Assembly: GCA_963827655.1 (NCBI GenBank)
Contig: CAWHCF010000020.1
Coordinates: 224,001-288,000 of the forward strand
Direction: 5' to 3'
DNA: 64,000 bases
From: an uncultured Acidobacteriota bacterium
GTDB taxonomy: Bacteria > Acidobacteriota > UBA6911
Part shown: positions 10,581 to 22,072 of the stretch, in pieces
Numbering within the stretch: the stretch's first letter is position 1
How the letters are laid out: each line of letters opens with the position of its first letter
Notes under the pieces: model-generated
What the model was told of the DNA's origin: nothing
The model's input: the letters and a program-made list of their open reading frames with translations, nothing else
Database searches by the model: none
Made by a program: the position numbers and the translations under genes

Positions 10581-12515
10581 CTAGCGCAGGCAGTCTGCCA
10601 TGGAAGTGCAACGGATAGCGTCCGGCCACGCGCCCGGCACCTCGCCATAAAGCCTCACCTTCGCGCCCATCAGCGCGATCACCCCGGAGATATCCGTGTA
10701 GCGCAGAATTCCCAGGTAAACAGGTCCCTGCCGATGCGAAGCGGGAGGCGAACCCAACACCACTCTCTCGACTCGGCCGTCAAGCAGCGCGGCGTAGAGC
10801 CCGTTCACGCCGCTCTCTCCCTTGCCTGCGATCGTCACGTGAGCCGCATCAACTTCCGGCAGTTCCCGCAGCAGCTCGAGCGATCGCAGCACCTCGTAGA
10901 CCTGCATCGATTCCAATGACGTGCCGGCCACCATGGCCTGCCGCTTCATGTGATGATAGGGATCGTCATCGCTGAAGCTCCGCAGATTCTGCTCGAGCGC
11001 GCGGCTGCCTTTGTCCAGGGTCTCGACGATCAGCACGGCGCGTTTGCCCCAGTCATTGCGTTCCAAAGGCTGCTCGTTGCCCCAGACCGGAATTCCCTTG
11101 CGGTGATCCACGACGAGCACAGCCGGCAGCCGGGCGGCCGCCGCCCCGGACGGAAGCGAATACAATCCGCGCACGCGCAGCCCTTCGAAGGAGTTGAAAC
11201 TAACCTTCCTCACAGTCCTGCCCTGCAATGTAGCGGCCTCGCCCCATACAGGCTCCAGCGCCGCTCGCTCGGTCGGGAAGTATCGGAATACGTCGTTGCG
11301 CAGATTGGCACTCAGCTCCTGGATGGTCTTGGACTGCGCGCGAGCCGGGATCAACTCCTCGTCAATGCGAGTCAGCGCTTCATCCAGAGGAATCCCGTCG
11401 CGAAAACAGACCAGCGTGCGGGGCTCCGGCTCATCAACCGGTCCTTCGCTGATGACGGGAGAATCTATGCCGAGAAGCTCCTTGAGGAAAAACGAGTAGA
11501 CCGGCAGCCGGATCCCCTCGGTATCGGAGTGGCCGCCGGGAGTCACAGCCGTGCGCAACGCGCCCTCGGCGTTATAGAGCCGGTACACCTCGCGCATCTT
11601 ATCCGCCATCTGGTTGAAGGCGTCCATTGGAAAGCCGCGATCCGCGTCGGCATTGCACAAGAGCTGCGCCCGCGGCGCCGTAAGCGCGCCGATTTCCGAG
11701 TACAGCAGGCCGTAGCTGTTCACGGGATACTGGCAATCGCAATGCGCCGAGGTCAAACGCTGCTTGACCCAGCCCGCAGTGGAAAGAGTCCCGGAAACCG
11801 GGGCGGATGCCTTCACCCTGTCATCGAGGGCCGCCAGAAAGAAAGTGGTCATTCCACCGCCGGACCGTCCGGTAGCGCCGATGCGGTTGCGATCGATATC
11901 GTTCCTTGAGCTGAGGTAATCCAGAGCGCGCCGGGCATTCAGCAGCTCGATCGCCAGCGGAGAAAACCCCCGGCTGTACCAGTGGAACCAGGCATGAGAA
12001 TAGACGCCGTGATGGGTGAACTCGATCTCACCCATCTCGATGTTGTCCATGATCATCACGGCGATGCCTTTAGCCGCGAACCAGGCGCCATGACGCGTGA
12101 ACTTGTCTTTGTTGGCGTGACCGCACTGATAGAGGATCACGGGGAACGGCCTGGCGCCGCCGCGCGGCAGGTAAAGGTTCGCGGTCGAAAAGATCTTGGG
12201 TGCCGTCTCGAGGACGATGTTCTCGACGATGTATTGCGGGTATTCCTGGCGGTGGGTGATGGTGACGGGCGGCGCCCCCTCCGGCCAGCGGCGGTCGTGC
12301 CACATCATCCGGGTGAGCGCAAGCCGCGTCCGCTGCTTGCGCTCCTCCCATTGCGCGACGCTTCCTATCCCGCTGAACAGAGCGTCCGATCGGGCAGTGA
12401 CGGTTCGCTCGAGATGCGCCTGAAGCGCCTCGAACTCACGGTTCTGGGCGGGTAGCTGGAACAGATTGGCCAGCAGGAAGAGGCCGGTAAAAACGACGCG
12501 CCGGTAATAGTCCAT
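10581..12515 (-). CDS. Two-domain alpha/beta hydrolase (acetylxylan esterase/CE7/CE15-like)
   Basis: Signal peptide; LYQCGH, GATGRSGGGMTT, HCDCQY motifs; second degenerate hydrolase domain. Confidence 0.8.
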   Translation of the reverse strand: MDYYRRVVFTGLFLLANLFQLPAQNREFEALQAHLERTVTARSDALFSGIGSVAQWEERKQRTRLALTRMMWHDRRWPEGAPPVTITHRQEYPQYIVENIVLETAPKIFSTANLYLPRGGARPFPVILYQCGHANKDKFTRHGAWFAAKGIAVMIMDNIEMGEIEFTHHGVYSHAWFHWYSRGFSPLAIELLNARRALDYLSSRNDIDRNRIGATGRSGGGMTTFFLAALDDRVKASAPVSGTLSTAGWVKQRLTSAHCDCQYPVNSYGLLYSEIGALTAPRAQLLCNADADRGFPMDAFNQMADKMREVYRLYNAEGALRTAVTPGGHSDTEGIRLPVYSFFLKELLGIDSPVISEGPVDEPEPRTLVCFRDGIPLDEALTRIDEELIPARAQSKTIQELSANLRNDVFRYFPTERAALEPVWGEAATLQGRTVRKVSFNSFEGLRVRGLYSLPSGAAAARLPAVLVVDHRKGIPVWGNEQPLERNDWGKRAVLIVETLDKGSRALEQNLRSFSDDDPYHHMKRQAMVAGTSLESMQVYEVLRSLELLRELPEVDAAHVTIAGKGESGVNGLYAALLDGRVERVVLGSPPASHRQGPVYLGILRYTDISGVIALMGAKVRLYGEVPGAWPDAIRCTSMADCLR

Positions 12516-12600
12516 GCGCCTCCATTCTGTAACTCATGAGATTCGTAACATGACCCGTTTATCGATGGCAATCGGAGAGTTCTACAGCACCGTTCTTGTT

Positions 12601-12660
12601 CTTCGTGTCTTTGTGTCCTGGTGGTTAGTGGCGCGAAACAAATACCACGAAGGCACTACG
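12601..12660. repeat. Octamer inverted-repeat pair (empty)
   Basis: cttcgtgtctttgtgtcctggtggtt ... aaataccacgaaggcac. Confidence 0.75.
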
Positions 12661-12676
12661 GACAGGGGGTTCTCGA

Positions 12677-12710
12677 GGGGATCTATCGGGGATCTATCAG
12701 GGGATCTATG
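12677..12710 (+). repeat. Triple GGGGATCTAT(C/G) repeat ending in the start codon
   Basis: Units at 12677, 12688 and 12700; the last supplies ATG 12708. Confidence 0.85.
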
Positions 12711-13034
12711 AAGAAGACGATTGCCGTGTTCTTCCGTCCTGGCTCGCGGTGGAACCCAGACCTGCCGGTTCGAGAACAAGCCTACTGGGACGACCATGCG
12801 CGCTTCATGGATGTGCTATTCGAAGCCGGCGAAGTGATGATGGGAGGCCCGTTCGCCGACGGCAGTGGATCGATGGTGATCCTGGCGGCCGAGAGCGTGG
12901 AGGCGGCGCGAGCGATCTTTCAGCAGGACCCGTGGGCGCACCAGGACGTGTTGGTCACCGCCGAGGTCAAGGAATGGACGATCTTCCTTGACGCCCGCGG
13001 CAAGGCACAGGAAAGAACTCCACTTCACCGCTGA
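12708..13034 (+). CDS. YciI-like protein
   Basis: WDDHARFMD, MGGPFADGSGSMVI and FQQDPW motifs. Confidence 0.8.
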   Translation: MKKTIAVFFRPGSRWNPDLPVREQAYWDDHARFMDVLFEAGEVMMGGPFADGSGSMVILAAESVEAARAIFQQDPWAHQDVLVTAEVKEWTIFLDARGKAQERTPLHR

Positions 13035-13200
13035 GCACCGACGGTTACTCGAGGCCGTGGCGCAGTGGGCGCGAACGCATGCGGTGGCCACGATCCGCGG
13101 AATGGAAGGCTCGCGGAGCAGGGGCGACAATTGTCGCCCCTGTGATTGACGTCCGAGGCAGCGAGTGTGCCAGCCGTAGCTGGCCAGTCGTAATATCCTC

Positions 13201-16200
13201 TTAGAACCGGTAACGCAGACCGAACTGGATCTGCCTTGGCGGCGTGCGCTGGCTGGTGATCTTGCCGAAGTTCGCATTGTTCATGGACCGGTCGGATCCC
13301 CAAAGTTGACCATGTTCGGCATGTTGAAGAACTCGGTGCGGAACTCGATATCATGTCCCTCACGAATCCTGAACTTCTTGTCCACGGCCACGTCAATACT
13401 GATGATGCCGTCCGCGTTGGTGATGTACTGGCCCGCATTGCCAAACGAGTACAGCGGCGGCAGGACAAACGCTTTCGTGTTGAACCACTCATCCGGTGTC
13501 TTGGGTCCGTCGTTAGGATCGCCTACCAGGTTAGGACGCTGCGTCGAGCGGCCGGTGTTGGCTTGATCGATACCGGTCGAAATCAACAGCGGCGGCCCGC
13601 TCTCGAGCCGGGTGATGCCCTGCAGCCCCCAGCCGCCCAGCAACAGGTCGGTTGCCGTGCCCCAATTGGCGCCCCACTTTCGGCCTTTGCCAAACGGCAG
13701 CTCGTACAAGTAGGAAAAGTTGAAGACATGGTTAATATCCCAGCTCGACCGCGAGTAGTCCTGCCGGCGATCGAACGGGTTCTGGACTTTCACCTCGGCC
13801 AGCGAAGATTGCCCGTCGAGCGCTTTCTGGAACGCGTAGTTCAGGTTGAACTGCAGTCCACTCGAGTAGCGCTTTAGCATCGAGACCTGCAGACTGTTGT
13901 AAGTGCCGTTGTACTGGTTCGAGCCGCCGTCGAGGTCGCCAAACTCCGGCAACAAACGGCGCGGCTCGATCGCACCGGGACCTGGCGTCAGCGCATTATT
14001 GAAGGGCGAGTAGCCGATCTGCTTGCGGCTTCCGGAGCCGACGTAGCCGATGTCGAGCGACATGTCGTTCATGAGCTCGCGCTGGATGAAGAAGTTCCAC
14101 TGCATCGAGTAGGGCGAGCGATTCTCGGGATTCTGCGGCCAGCCGCCGATCGCCGCCGTGCTCTCAAAGCTTGGACCCGGATCGGTGATCGACAAATCCA
14201 GCCCGCCACGGTTGGGACTGAAGACCTGCTGCACCGTGAACGGCCAGAACTTGCGCAGGTCCTGCAACTCCTGCACGAAGGTGGAATTGTAGAAGACGCC
14301 GAAACCTGACCGGATGACGGTTTTTGAACCGAGCCTGTAGGCGATGCCCATCCGCGGAGCCAAGTCGTTGTAGTCGTTCTGCACCAGCGCGCGACCGAAA
14401 CCGAAGGTGCGTGCCGGCTCGTTGCGCTTGCCGGTCACGGGATCCGGTTCCGGGTTGGTCGTTGCCCACATCAAATCCCCGACGACCTTGCCGGTAGCAG
14501 GATCGAGGTGCACCCAGAGGTTGCCCAGACGATCAGTCTTGTCATAAGGACGGGTGCCAAACTGGTACATCAAGCCGAAGTTGATGGTCAAGTTCGAGCT
14601 CACCCGCCAGTCGTCTTGAATATGGCCAAGCATGAAGTGCCCGATGCTGTCCGTGAGCGTGTTGCCCTGACCGCGACGCACCTCGCTCGGGTAACCCAGC
14701 AGAGCGTCGGCCATCGGGAAGTTTGTGATCTGACCGTTGAATATGGCGTCACCGTTCATCGGGTTCGCCGTGTTGGTGAAGAAGTTGCGGTAGTGGTACT
14801 GGCCGCCGATCTTGAGCGAGTGCTTGCCCCGGATGAAGGAAAGATTCCCTCGTCCTTGCCAGACCTTGTCGCCCGAGTCGCCGCCGCTGGCACTCGGAAT
14901 GCTATAGGAGCCAAGAGTGATGTTGACCAGCGGATCGCTGAAGACTTCGCGCTGGTACATTTGGATACCGGTACGATCGAAGTACTCGGCCCGGGTAACG
15001 GGCTTGGTCCCGACGTTCGGGTCCTGGGGCTGATTGGTGCCGAAGCCGAACTCGAGCCGTTGTGGTTGGGCTAAAAATGTGGACCCAGCTTCCGCCGTAG
15101 TTGGTGACGTCGAACCGGCTGGTATCGGCTACGGTCGGGATGGCGTTAGGGTTGAACAGGCCCGCCTTCTGACGGCTCCACCGGAAAAAGACACTGTCCT
15201 TCGGGTTCAGGTTGTAGTCCCAGCGGACGTTAAACAAGTCGCGGTCGTTGGCCTGGCTCGCAGTTTGAGACCAGGTTCTGTATCGGGCCGGGCCGGTTGG
15301 GCAAGGGAACGATCAGTTCAAGGGCCGTCGGGATGGCCCTATTGATGCGACCCTGCGGAATGATGTTGTTCGGGAAGCAGGCCGTTCGATCATTGGCGTC
15401 GCAGTTGCCAGAGAGCAGGGGATCCCTGAGATAGATCGGGGAACTCTGGGTAAGCAGGCTGGAGAAGTTACCGGCGCGGAAATCGGCCGGCGGCACGCTT
15501 CCCAGCAGGGCGCTGCCACGCCGTCGACGGAAGCCCTCCCAGGCGAAGAACCAGAACATCTTGTCGCGCAAGTTGGCCTTCGGCAGCATGACCGGGCCGC
15601 CCACAGAGACGCCGTACTGGTTCAGCCGGAAGGGAGTCTTGCCCAGGCCGCTGCGGTTGGCGAAGAACTCGTTGGCGTCAAACTTATCGTTGCGCAGGTA
15701 CTCGTAGAGGGTTCCGTGCAGGTCGCGCGTGCCCGACTTCATCACCATGTTGACGTTGGCGCCCATCGAGCGGCCGAACTCGGAGCCGGTGTTGGTGGCG
15801 ACCTTGAACTCCTGAATCGCATCCATGGGAGGCGACATGCCCGGGGAGTTCATCATCATCATGTTCGAGTCGACACCGTCCAGGGTGAAGTTGTTGTCCT
15901 GCGGGCGTCCTCCATTTACAGAAAACAGCCCGGTGCCCGACTGGCCTGTCCCGCGGCTGTTGGCTGCGGGTTACCGAGCTTGTGCCGGGCATCAGCAGGA
16001 TCAGCCGCGTGTAGTTGCGCTGGTTCACCGGCAGGCGCTCCAGTTCCTGCCGAATTGACGACGTTGCCGACCGAGGCCTCTTCGGTCCGCAAGACCGGCG
16101 TGACCGCGGTGACCTCGATCGTCTCGGTAACTTCGCCGACCTGCAGGGTGAAGTCGACTTCCAGGACAGCAGAGACTTCGAGAACGACGCCGGAGCGGAC

Positions 16201-16482
16201 CTGCCGTTTGAAGCCGGCCAATTCAACCTGAATGGTATAGGTTCCGGGGTTCAGCGGGGTAACCCGATACTGTCCGGCCTCGTTGGTCTGCACCTGGCGT
16301 TCGACGCCTGTACCTTCATGGATAACGGTAACGGTGACGCCGGGTATGGCGGCGCCGCTTGAATCGGTAGCGTCGCCCACGATCGTGGCTGCAGTCTGGG
16401 CGCCGGCGCCGGCAGCCTGAAACAGGCAGGCGATCAGCGCAAGCGCAAGGCACATTCCCAGACGGTTTAGTTGGGATTGCAT
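13201..16482 (-). CDS. TonB-dependent receptor (Oar-like, N-terminal carboxypeptidase-regulatory-like domain); at least 5 frameshifts
   Basis: Fragments in ORFs 15916-16617, 15684-16226, 15230-15862, 14902-15237 and 13281-14960; LYEYLRNDKFDA, QDDWRV; C-terminus QIQFGLRYRF* ends at 13201. Confidence 0.9.
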
Positions 16483-16811
16483 AGACTTCCTCCCCTTTTT
16501 GGGTTGCTTAGCAGTCAACTTCGTAAATACACTAACGTATGATCGCCTTGAAAAATGTGGGCCGTGTGATTTTGATGTTAACGATGAGGCCACGGGATGA
16601 AAGAACCCACTCAACAATTCTCTCGTCTCTCTCGAGAGATGAGATTTCGAGATCTGTCTGCTTGTTCCTGAGGATCTACCTTAGCCTTTTTACGTTCAAA
16701 GCGCCAAGATAATGCTTCTTGCTGGTGCCTACACGATTACAGTGATCGTTTTATCCCGTGATTCTGGGGAGTCTAACACAAGGTGCTGAAAAAAGATACG
16801 CGGGTCTGAGA

Positions 16812-18599
16812 ATGAAGGAACGTTTCCTCCTGATCGGGTTGATTCTCTGCGTGCAATCCGGGCTGGCATTATTTGGCGGTGCGCTATGGCTGGGCGCACA
16901 GGGCGTTGCAACTCGAAACGCTCCCCCGGCGGCCCGTTCAGCACCTTCCGGGAAGCCGTTCCTGGCGAGATTCGCCGACATCGGCGCTCAGGCCGGCCTC
17001 ACCATGCCCTTCGTCTCAGGAAGCGAAATCAGCAAGAAGTACATCATCGAGGCGAACGGAACGGGTGTTGCTCTGATCGACTATGACAACGACGAAAGGC
17101 TGGATCTCTTCCTGGTGAACGGATCGCGTCTGGAAGGCTACGGCAGCGGCCCGGCGCCGACAAACCGGCTCTACCGCAATGCCGGCAAGGGTGCGTATGA
17201 GGACGTGACCAAGATATCCGGTATGGGGCGTTCCGGTTGGGGCTCCGGCGTATGCGCCGGGGATGTGGACAATGACGGGCATCTGGACCTTTACGTTACC
17301 TACTGGGGTCCGAATGTTCTGTACCGCAACCGTGGAGATGGCGCCTTCGAGGACATCACAGCACAGAGCGGCACAGCGGGCCCCCCGAAAGAGTGGAGTT
17401 CCGGCTGCACCTTCCTCGATTACGATCGGGACGGTAATCTCGACCTGTTCGTCACCAGTTACCAGGTCTTCGATCCCGCCACGGCGCCTCTGCCAGGCAA
17501 AGGCTCCAACTGCGAATGGAAAGGCATGCCCGTTTTCTGCGGGCCTCGCGGCCTGCCGTACGGATCCGTGACGCTGTATCGCAACCGTGGCGGTCTGTCC
17601 TTCGAGACGGTCACTACGAGTTCGGGTGTGGGCGCGGTCAAGGGATTTTACGCCTTCACGCCGGTTGCTGCCGATTTTAACGGCGATGGCTGGACGGACA
17701 TTTATATCGCCTGTGACTCAACGCCAAGCATTCTCTTCCGCAACAACCGGAACGGGACATTCAGAGATATCGCCGCTGAAGCCGGCGTTGCCTACAGCGA
17801 ACACGGCTTCGAGCAGGGGGGCATGGGAGTCGGAGTGGGTGACTTCGACAATGACGGTTGGCTCGACCTTGTCAAGACGAACTTTGCCGGCGACTATCCC
17901 AATCTCTACCGCAACACGGGGGACGGCATCTTCGAGGATGTGGTCATGCGGGCCGGGCTTGCGGTCAACCCCCAATATGTCGGTTGGGGCGTGGCATTCG
18001 CCGACCTGGATAACGACGGCCTCACCGACATCCTTCAGGCCAACGGCCACGTGTATCCTGAGCTCGACTCTGGAACCCGCAAAACCCAGGAATCGTACCG
18101 CAACCCGCGGCTGGTCTATCGCAACCTGGGGGACGGGCGCTTCGAAGATGTCAGCGCACAAGCCGGAGCGGGCATCGCCCAGCAGAAGTCGAGTCGCGGC
18201 GCCGCGTTCGGCGATGTCGACAACGATGGCGACGTCGATGCGCTCGTCATGAATATGGGAGATGCTCCGTCGCTGCTGCGGAACGAACTCTCCGGATCCA
18301 GCCATTGGATGCAATTCCGTCTTCAAGGCACCCGGTCCAACCGCAGTGCCATTGGCGCAACCGTCCGCATCGAGGCTGCGGGCAAAATCCAGACCAAGCC
18401 TTGCCTCAGTCAATCGAGCTATGTCTCACAGAACGATCTCCGTCTCCACTTTGGCCTGGGCGGCGCGACGCGCGTGGACCGAATCACCGTACGTTGGCCG
18501 TCCGGAACGGCCGAAGAGTTTCCCGGCGCGCCCGCCGACGGTTTCGTCTTGCTGGTTGAAGGAAGCGGAACGGCAAAGCGTCTTTCAATGCCGCGATAA
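16812..18599 (+). CDS. CRTAC1/ASPIC-UnbV family FG-GAP repeat protein
   Basis: Multiple DxDNDGxxD repeats; SNRSAIGA and QNDLRLHFGLG motifs. Confidence 0.92.
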   Translation: MKERFLLIGLILCVQSGLALFGGALWLGAQGVATRNAPPAARSAPSGKPFLARFADIGAQAGLTMPFVSGSEISKKYIIEANGTGVALIDYDNDERLDLFLVNGSRLEGYGSGPAPTNRLYRNAGKGAYEDVTKISGMGRSGWGSGVCAGDVDNDGHLDLYVTYWGPNVLYRNRGDGAFEDITAQSGTAGPPKEWSSGCTFLDYDRDGNLDLFVTSYQVFDPATAPLPGKGSNCEWKGMPVFCGPRGLPYGSVTLYRNRGGLSFETVTTSSGVGAVKGFYAFTPVAADFNGDGWTDIYIACDSTPSILFRNNRNGTFRDIAAEAGVAYSEHGFEQGGMGVGVGDFDNDGWLDLVKTNFAGDYPNLYRNTGDGIFEDVVMRAGLAVNPQYVGWGVAFADLDNDGLTDILQANGHVYPELDSGTRKTQESYRNPRLVYRNLGDGRFEDVSAQAGAGIAQQKSSRGAAFGDVDNDGDVDALVMNMGDAPSLLRNELSGSSHWMQFRLQGTRSNRSAIGATVRIEAAGKIQTKPCLSQSSYVSQNDLRLHFGLGGATRVDRITVRWPSGTAEEFPGAPADGFVLLVEGSGTAKRLSMPR

Positions 18600-18605
18600 T
18601 CCGGG

Positions 18606-19628
18606 ATGATGATGATCGGAGTTATTGCAATCGCACTTTCGGCGTTATTGTACGCGCAGGATCCGGCCGCTCTTTCGGAGTCGGCGCAACAGGCGGCCAA
18701 AGCCCAGCGGTACGAGGAAGCCGAGCGCTTGTGGCGAAAGGCTATCGAGTCCTCGCCCCGGTTCTTCCCGGCGCTCTTCAATCTTGGCCTGTTTTACTTC
18801 TCGCGTCAGCAATTCAACGATGCGGTTCCCCTTCTTGAACAGGCGGCAGAGGCCTCACCCGACGACTTCAATACGCATTACCTGCGGGGCGCGTGCTACC
18901 AGGCTCTCGAGCGCCGCGACGACGCGCTGCGCGCCTGGAGAACCGCATTAAAGTTGAATCCGAAGAACACTCGGCTCCTGCAAGTCATGGCGGTGGAGTA
19001 CGGCAAGGGCCGTTACTTCCAGGAGGCGGCTGAAGTCTCGCTGCGGGCGCTGGAGTTGACTCCGGATGATCCCAACGCGTACTACCTCGCCATCAAGTCG
19101 CACCAGGATGCCGGACGCTACCCGGAAGCGCTCGAAATTGCCGGTCGCGCCGTGAAGCGGTTCCCTCAGTCAGCTCGGGCACACTTCGAGTATGGGTTCC
19201 ATCTGCAGAAGGTCGGGCGCATAGAGGAGGCGCTGAAAGAACTGGAGAAGGCTATGGCGCTCGACCCGTCCTACGAGGAGCCGCCCTTCTTCTACGGCGA
19301 CCTGATGCAGCAGCATGGCCGATACGAGGAGGCAATCTCATTCCTGCGGCGCGCGATCGCAAACCGAACGGATTACGTTCCGGCTCGAGTCGCGCTTGCG
19401 AAGGCCTTGATCGGACTGAAGAAGTTGGAGCAGGCCATCACAGAACTCAACGAGGCCGTGCGGCTCGATCCACGCCATCCCCAGCCACACCTGCTGCTGT
19501 CACAAGTCTATTTCCGGCTGGGCGACGAAGAGCGCGCGCGCGAGGAAAAAGATCTGTCGCTGAAACTGCGGCGGGAGAATCCGACCGTGCTCGAGGCAGT
19601 CCAAGGGCGCAATTTCCCGGCACGTTGA
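18606..19628 (+). CDS. TPR repeat protein
   Basis: Signal peptide followed by about 8 TPR motifs. Confidence 0.88.
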   Translation: MMMIGVIAIALSALLYAQDPAALSESAQQAAKAQRYEEAERLWRKAIESSPRFFPALFNLGLFYFSRQQFNDAVPLLEQAAEASPDDFNTHYLRGACYQALERRDDALRAWRTALKLNPKNTRLLQVMAVEYGKGRYFQEAAEVSLRALELTPDDPNAYYLAIKSHQDAGRYPEALEIAGRAVKRFPQSARAHFEYGFHLQKVGRIEEALKELEKAMALDPSYEEPPFFYGDLMQQHGRYEEAISFLRRAIANRTDYVPARVALAKALIGLKKLEQAITELNEAVRLDPRHPQPHLLLSQVYFRLGDEERAREEKDLSLKLRRENPTVLEAVQGRNFPAR

Positions 19629-19717
19629 CAATGGTCCGCGCAAAGCGCAACGCAGCCAATCTTTCCTGGCGCGGCTGAGGCCGCAATCAAATTTGAGATA
19701 CGTGGACGCCGCGCGTT

Positions 19718-19745
19718 TTCAGCCTTCAGCCTTCAGCACTCAGCC
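19718..19745 (+). repeat. Heptamer tandem repeat (TTCAGCC)x4, degenerate
   Basis: ttcagcc ttcagcc ttcagca ctcagcc. Confidence 0.7.
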
Positions 19746-19784
19746 AAAACTCCTTCGCAAAATGCAAAGAAGTCACGGACAAAC

Positions 19785-20189
19785 TTACGGGATCACAGTC
19801 GGGCGGATCCTGCCGTGAAGCCGATACACGGCAAAGTCCTTCCGGTCGACGGTGAATATCTTCCGGATGCCCTCTCGCTCGGCAACTCTGACGAGTGCGG
19901 CGTCGGCCAGGTCCATCGGCCGGTCGGCGTATTTTCGCAGGAGCGCGCGGATCCTTGGAACATCGGTCAGGTCGAGCGTCAGGAGCTGGACGGCTTCTCG
20001 AGTCAGCATCTCCCAGAGCGCCTCCTGGGCTTTGGGCAGATCGCCGAGGAGGTACATCGCTTCGGTCAGAGCGGGCCAGACGGTGCCCATGGGTTCCCGC
20101 AGACCCTTCAGGGCCTCGACGCACCTCTCATGGTGCTGGTCATCCGCGTCGACGAGGGCAACGAGAGGCCCGGCATCCACGAGGATCAC
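19785..20189 (-). CDS. vapC: PIN-domain VapC toxin
   Basis: ILVDAGPLVA, ALTEA, MDLADAALV and IFTVDRKDF motifs. Confidence 0.92.
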   Translation of the reverse strand: MILVDAGPLVALVDADDQHHERCVEALKGLREPMGTVWPALTEAMYLLGDLPKAQEALWEMLTREAVQLLTLDLTDVPRIRALLRKYADRPMDLADAALVRVAEREGIRKIFTVDRKDFAVYRLHGRIRPTVIP

Positions 20190-20446
20190 GAGCGGCTCCG
20201 GCGACCCTTGAGAAGTTCCGAGAACTGACGTCCCGTCGCCGTAGAGCGCTTCGGGTTCTTGCCGTGAACGACCCCGATCAGGTCAGCCACTGCATTATAG
20301 GGTGCCCCGCTTGCGTCTTGCCGCTGGATCCATGCATCGATCGCTTCGCGAATCATCTCAGAGGCCGACACCTGCCTCCGGCGTGCGATGCGCGCGATCC
20401 GCTGCCGGGTCTCCTTGTCGAGTCTGAGGGTAACAGGAGATGTCAT
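20186..20446 (-). CDS. RHH/CopG-type antitoxin
   Basis: VTLRLDKET...SEMIREAI; 4-nt overlap with the toxin gene. Confidence 0.85.
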   Translation of the reverse strand: MTSPVTLRLDKETRQRIARIARRRQVSASEMIREAIDAWIQRQDASGAPYNAVADLIGVVHGKNPKRSTATGRQFSELLKGRRSRS

Positions 20447-20456
20447 GATGTCGGTG

Positions 20457-20485
20457 AGGATAACGTATTACAATCCGTAATACAA
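20457..20485 (-). promoter_or_regulatory. Promoter/operator of TA pair 2
   Basis: Minus strand TTGTAT-N17-TATCCT; palindrome GTATTAC-N5-GTAATAC (20465-20483). Confidence 0.65.
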
Positions 20486-20510
20486 GATCCGGAGGGCGCG
20501 CGGGGTTTTT

Positions 20511-20579
20511 CTTGGCGTCTTCGCGTCTTAGTGGTCAGTGGAAATCAAAGCACCACCAAGACACGAAGACACAACGAAG
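20511..20579. repeat. Octamer inverted-repeat pair (empty)
   Basis: cttggcgtcttcgcgtcttagtggt ... accaccaagacacgaagacac. Confidence 0.8.
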
Positions 20580-20592
20580 CGCGAAGACGGGC

Positions 20593-21771
20593 TCAGCGCT
20601 CCGCAAGCTGGGCCGGCCTTTCGCCGAGCCTGAGGTCCAAAGCCAGCTTGCTGCCATTGCGGAGAACAGACATGCGTAGTGCCGTATCCGGCCGGCTCTC
20701 CGCCACAGCCAGCTTGAGATTGTGCGGCGACAGAATCTCCTGGCCGTTAGATGCCACGATCACGTCCCCGGGGCGCAAGCCGGCGCTCGCTGCCGGGCTT
20801 CGGGGCTCGACCTGGGTCACAAGCGCTCCCTTGGTGTCGGGCAGTCCCAGCCTGCGAGCCGCCTCGGGAGTGAGCTCATCCAGGGAGACGCCAATCCAGC
20901 CGCGCGTAACTTTGCCCGAATCCGCGAGCTGTCGGTAAACGCCGGCGGCCATCGATGAAGGAATCGCGAACCCGACGCCTTGCCAGCCCCCGTTCTGACT
21001 GGCAATCATGGTGTTGATCCCGACGACCTCACCTTGCAAATTCACAAGCGGACCACCGCTGTTGCCGGGGTTGATAGCCGCGTCGGTTTGCAGAAAATCG
21101 TCATACTGCCCCGCGCCGATGACGCGCCCCTTGGCGCTGATGATGCCTGCGGTCATCGTCTTTTCGAGTCCGAACGGGCTGCCGAAAGCGAGGACCCAGT
21201 CGCCGACGCCGGCCTTGCTGCTATCGGCCAGGCGCAGGTAGGGCAGATTCGTCTCCCGGATCTTGATCACCGCGAGGTCGGTCTGGGGATCGGTACCCAC
21301 CACGGTCGCGTCCAAAGTGCGCCCGTCGTTGAGCTTCACGCTGATGCGGTCGGCTCTCCTGACCACGTGATGGTTGGTAAGAATGTACCCCTGAGAATCC
21401 ACAATGAATCCCGACCCAAGGCTCGGCCGCCTGAATTCCCGCGGCATCCCTCGAAGCCCGAAGAACTCCTCGAGCGGGGTACCGGAAGTCCGGATGACCT
21501 GCTCGGTGTTGATGTTAACTACCGCAGGCTCCACGCGCCGGGCGACCTCGCCAAACGCCTGGCCGAGCTGTGCGGCTGAAGCTATTCCCGGCGTCGCGGG
21601 CACACTCACCGGACCTGAACTAGCGCTTGCGCCGCGGCCTTCGCCCAGATGAAAACCGGCCGCGCCGACAATCAGAAGAAGGACAACAGTAAGGGCGACC
21701 CCAGAACCGCGCCTGGCCAGGCCCTTTTGAGACGATCTATACATATCCAAATCTCCATGAATCAAATTCAT
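20593..21771 (-). CDS. HtrA/DegP-family serine protease with a single PDZ domain (start uncertain)
   Basis: GSGFIV, LTNHHVV, DLAVIK and QTDAAINPGNSGGPL motifs; PDZ domain. Confidence 0.93.
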   Translation of the reverse strand: MNLIHGDLDMYRSSQKGLARRGSGVALTVVLLLIVGAAGFHLGEGRGASASSGPVSVPATPGIASAAQLGQAFGEVARRVEPAVVNINTEQVIRTSGTPLEEFFGLRGMPREFRRPSLGSGFIVDSQGYILTNHHVVRRADRISVKLNDGRTLDATVVGTDPQTDLAVIKIRETNLPYLRLADSSKAGVGDWVLAFGSPFGLEKTMTAGIISAKGRVIGAGQYDDFLQTDAAINPGNSGGPLVNLQGEVVGINTMIASQNGGWQGVGFAIPSSMAAGVYRQLADSGKVTRGWIGVSLDELTPEAARRLGLPDTKGALVTQVEPRSPAASAGLRPGDVIVASNGQEILSPHNLKLAVAESRPDTALRMSVLRNGSKLALDLRLGERPAQLAER

Positions 21772-22072
21772 AATTCTCCTGCAGAAGAATTACACGACAA
21801 TCGGGGCGCCGGGTTTCAAATTTCATGACTCGGCAAGCCAGGTCGCGCACTTGAGTTTTTCTCATCGAACTCTCAAACTCTTCTTTTATGAGCCGACAGC
21901 GCCTCCGACTTGTCCGTGCGCGCCCGGGCCCATTTAAAGCATGGTAATTATGAGAAATTCGGGACGTGGCTGCGGGATCATCGAATCGAGGCTTGCTCAG
22001 GCATGACTCCGATCTTCGAAGCATACTTGGTGGAAATCGAATTCAGAGGCCGTTCGTTCCCGCCGTGACGCC

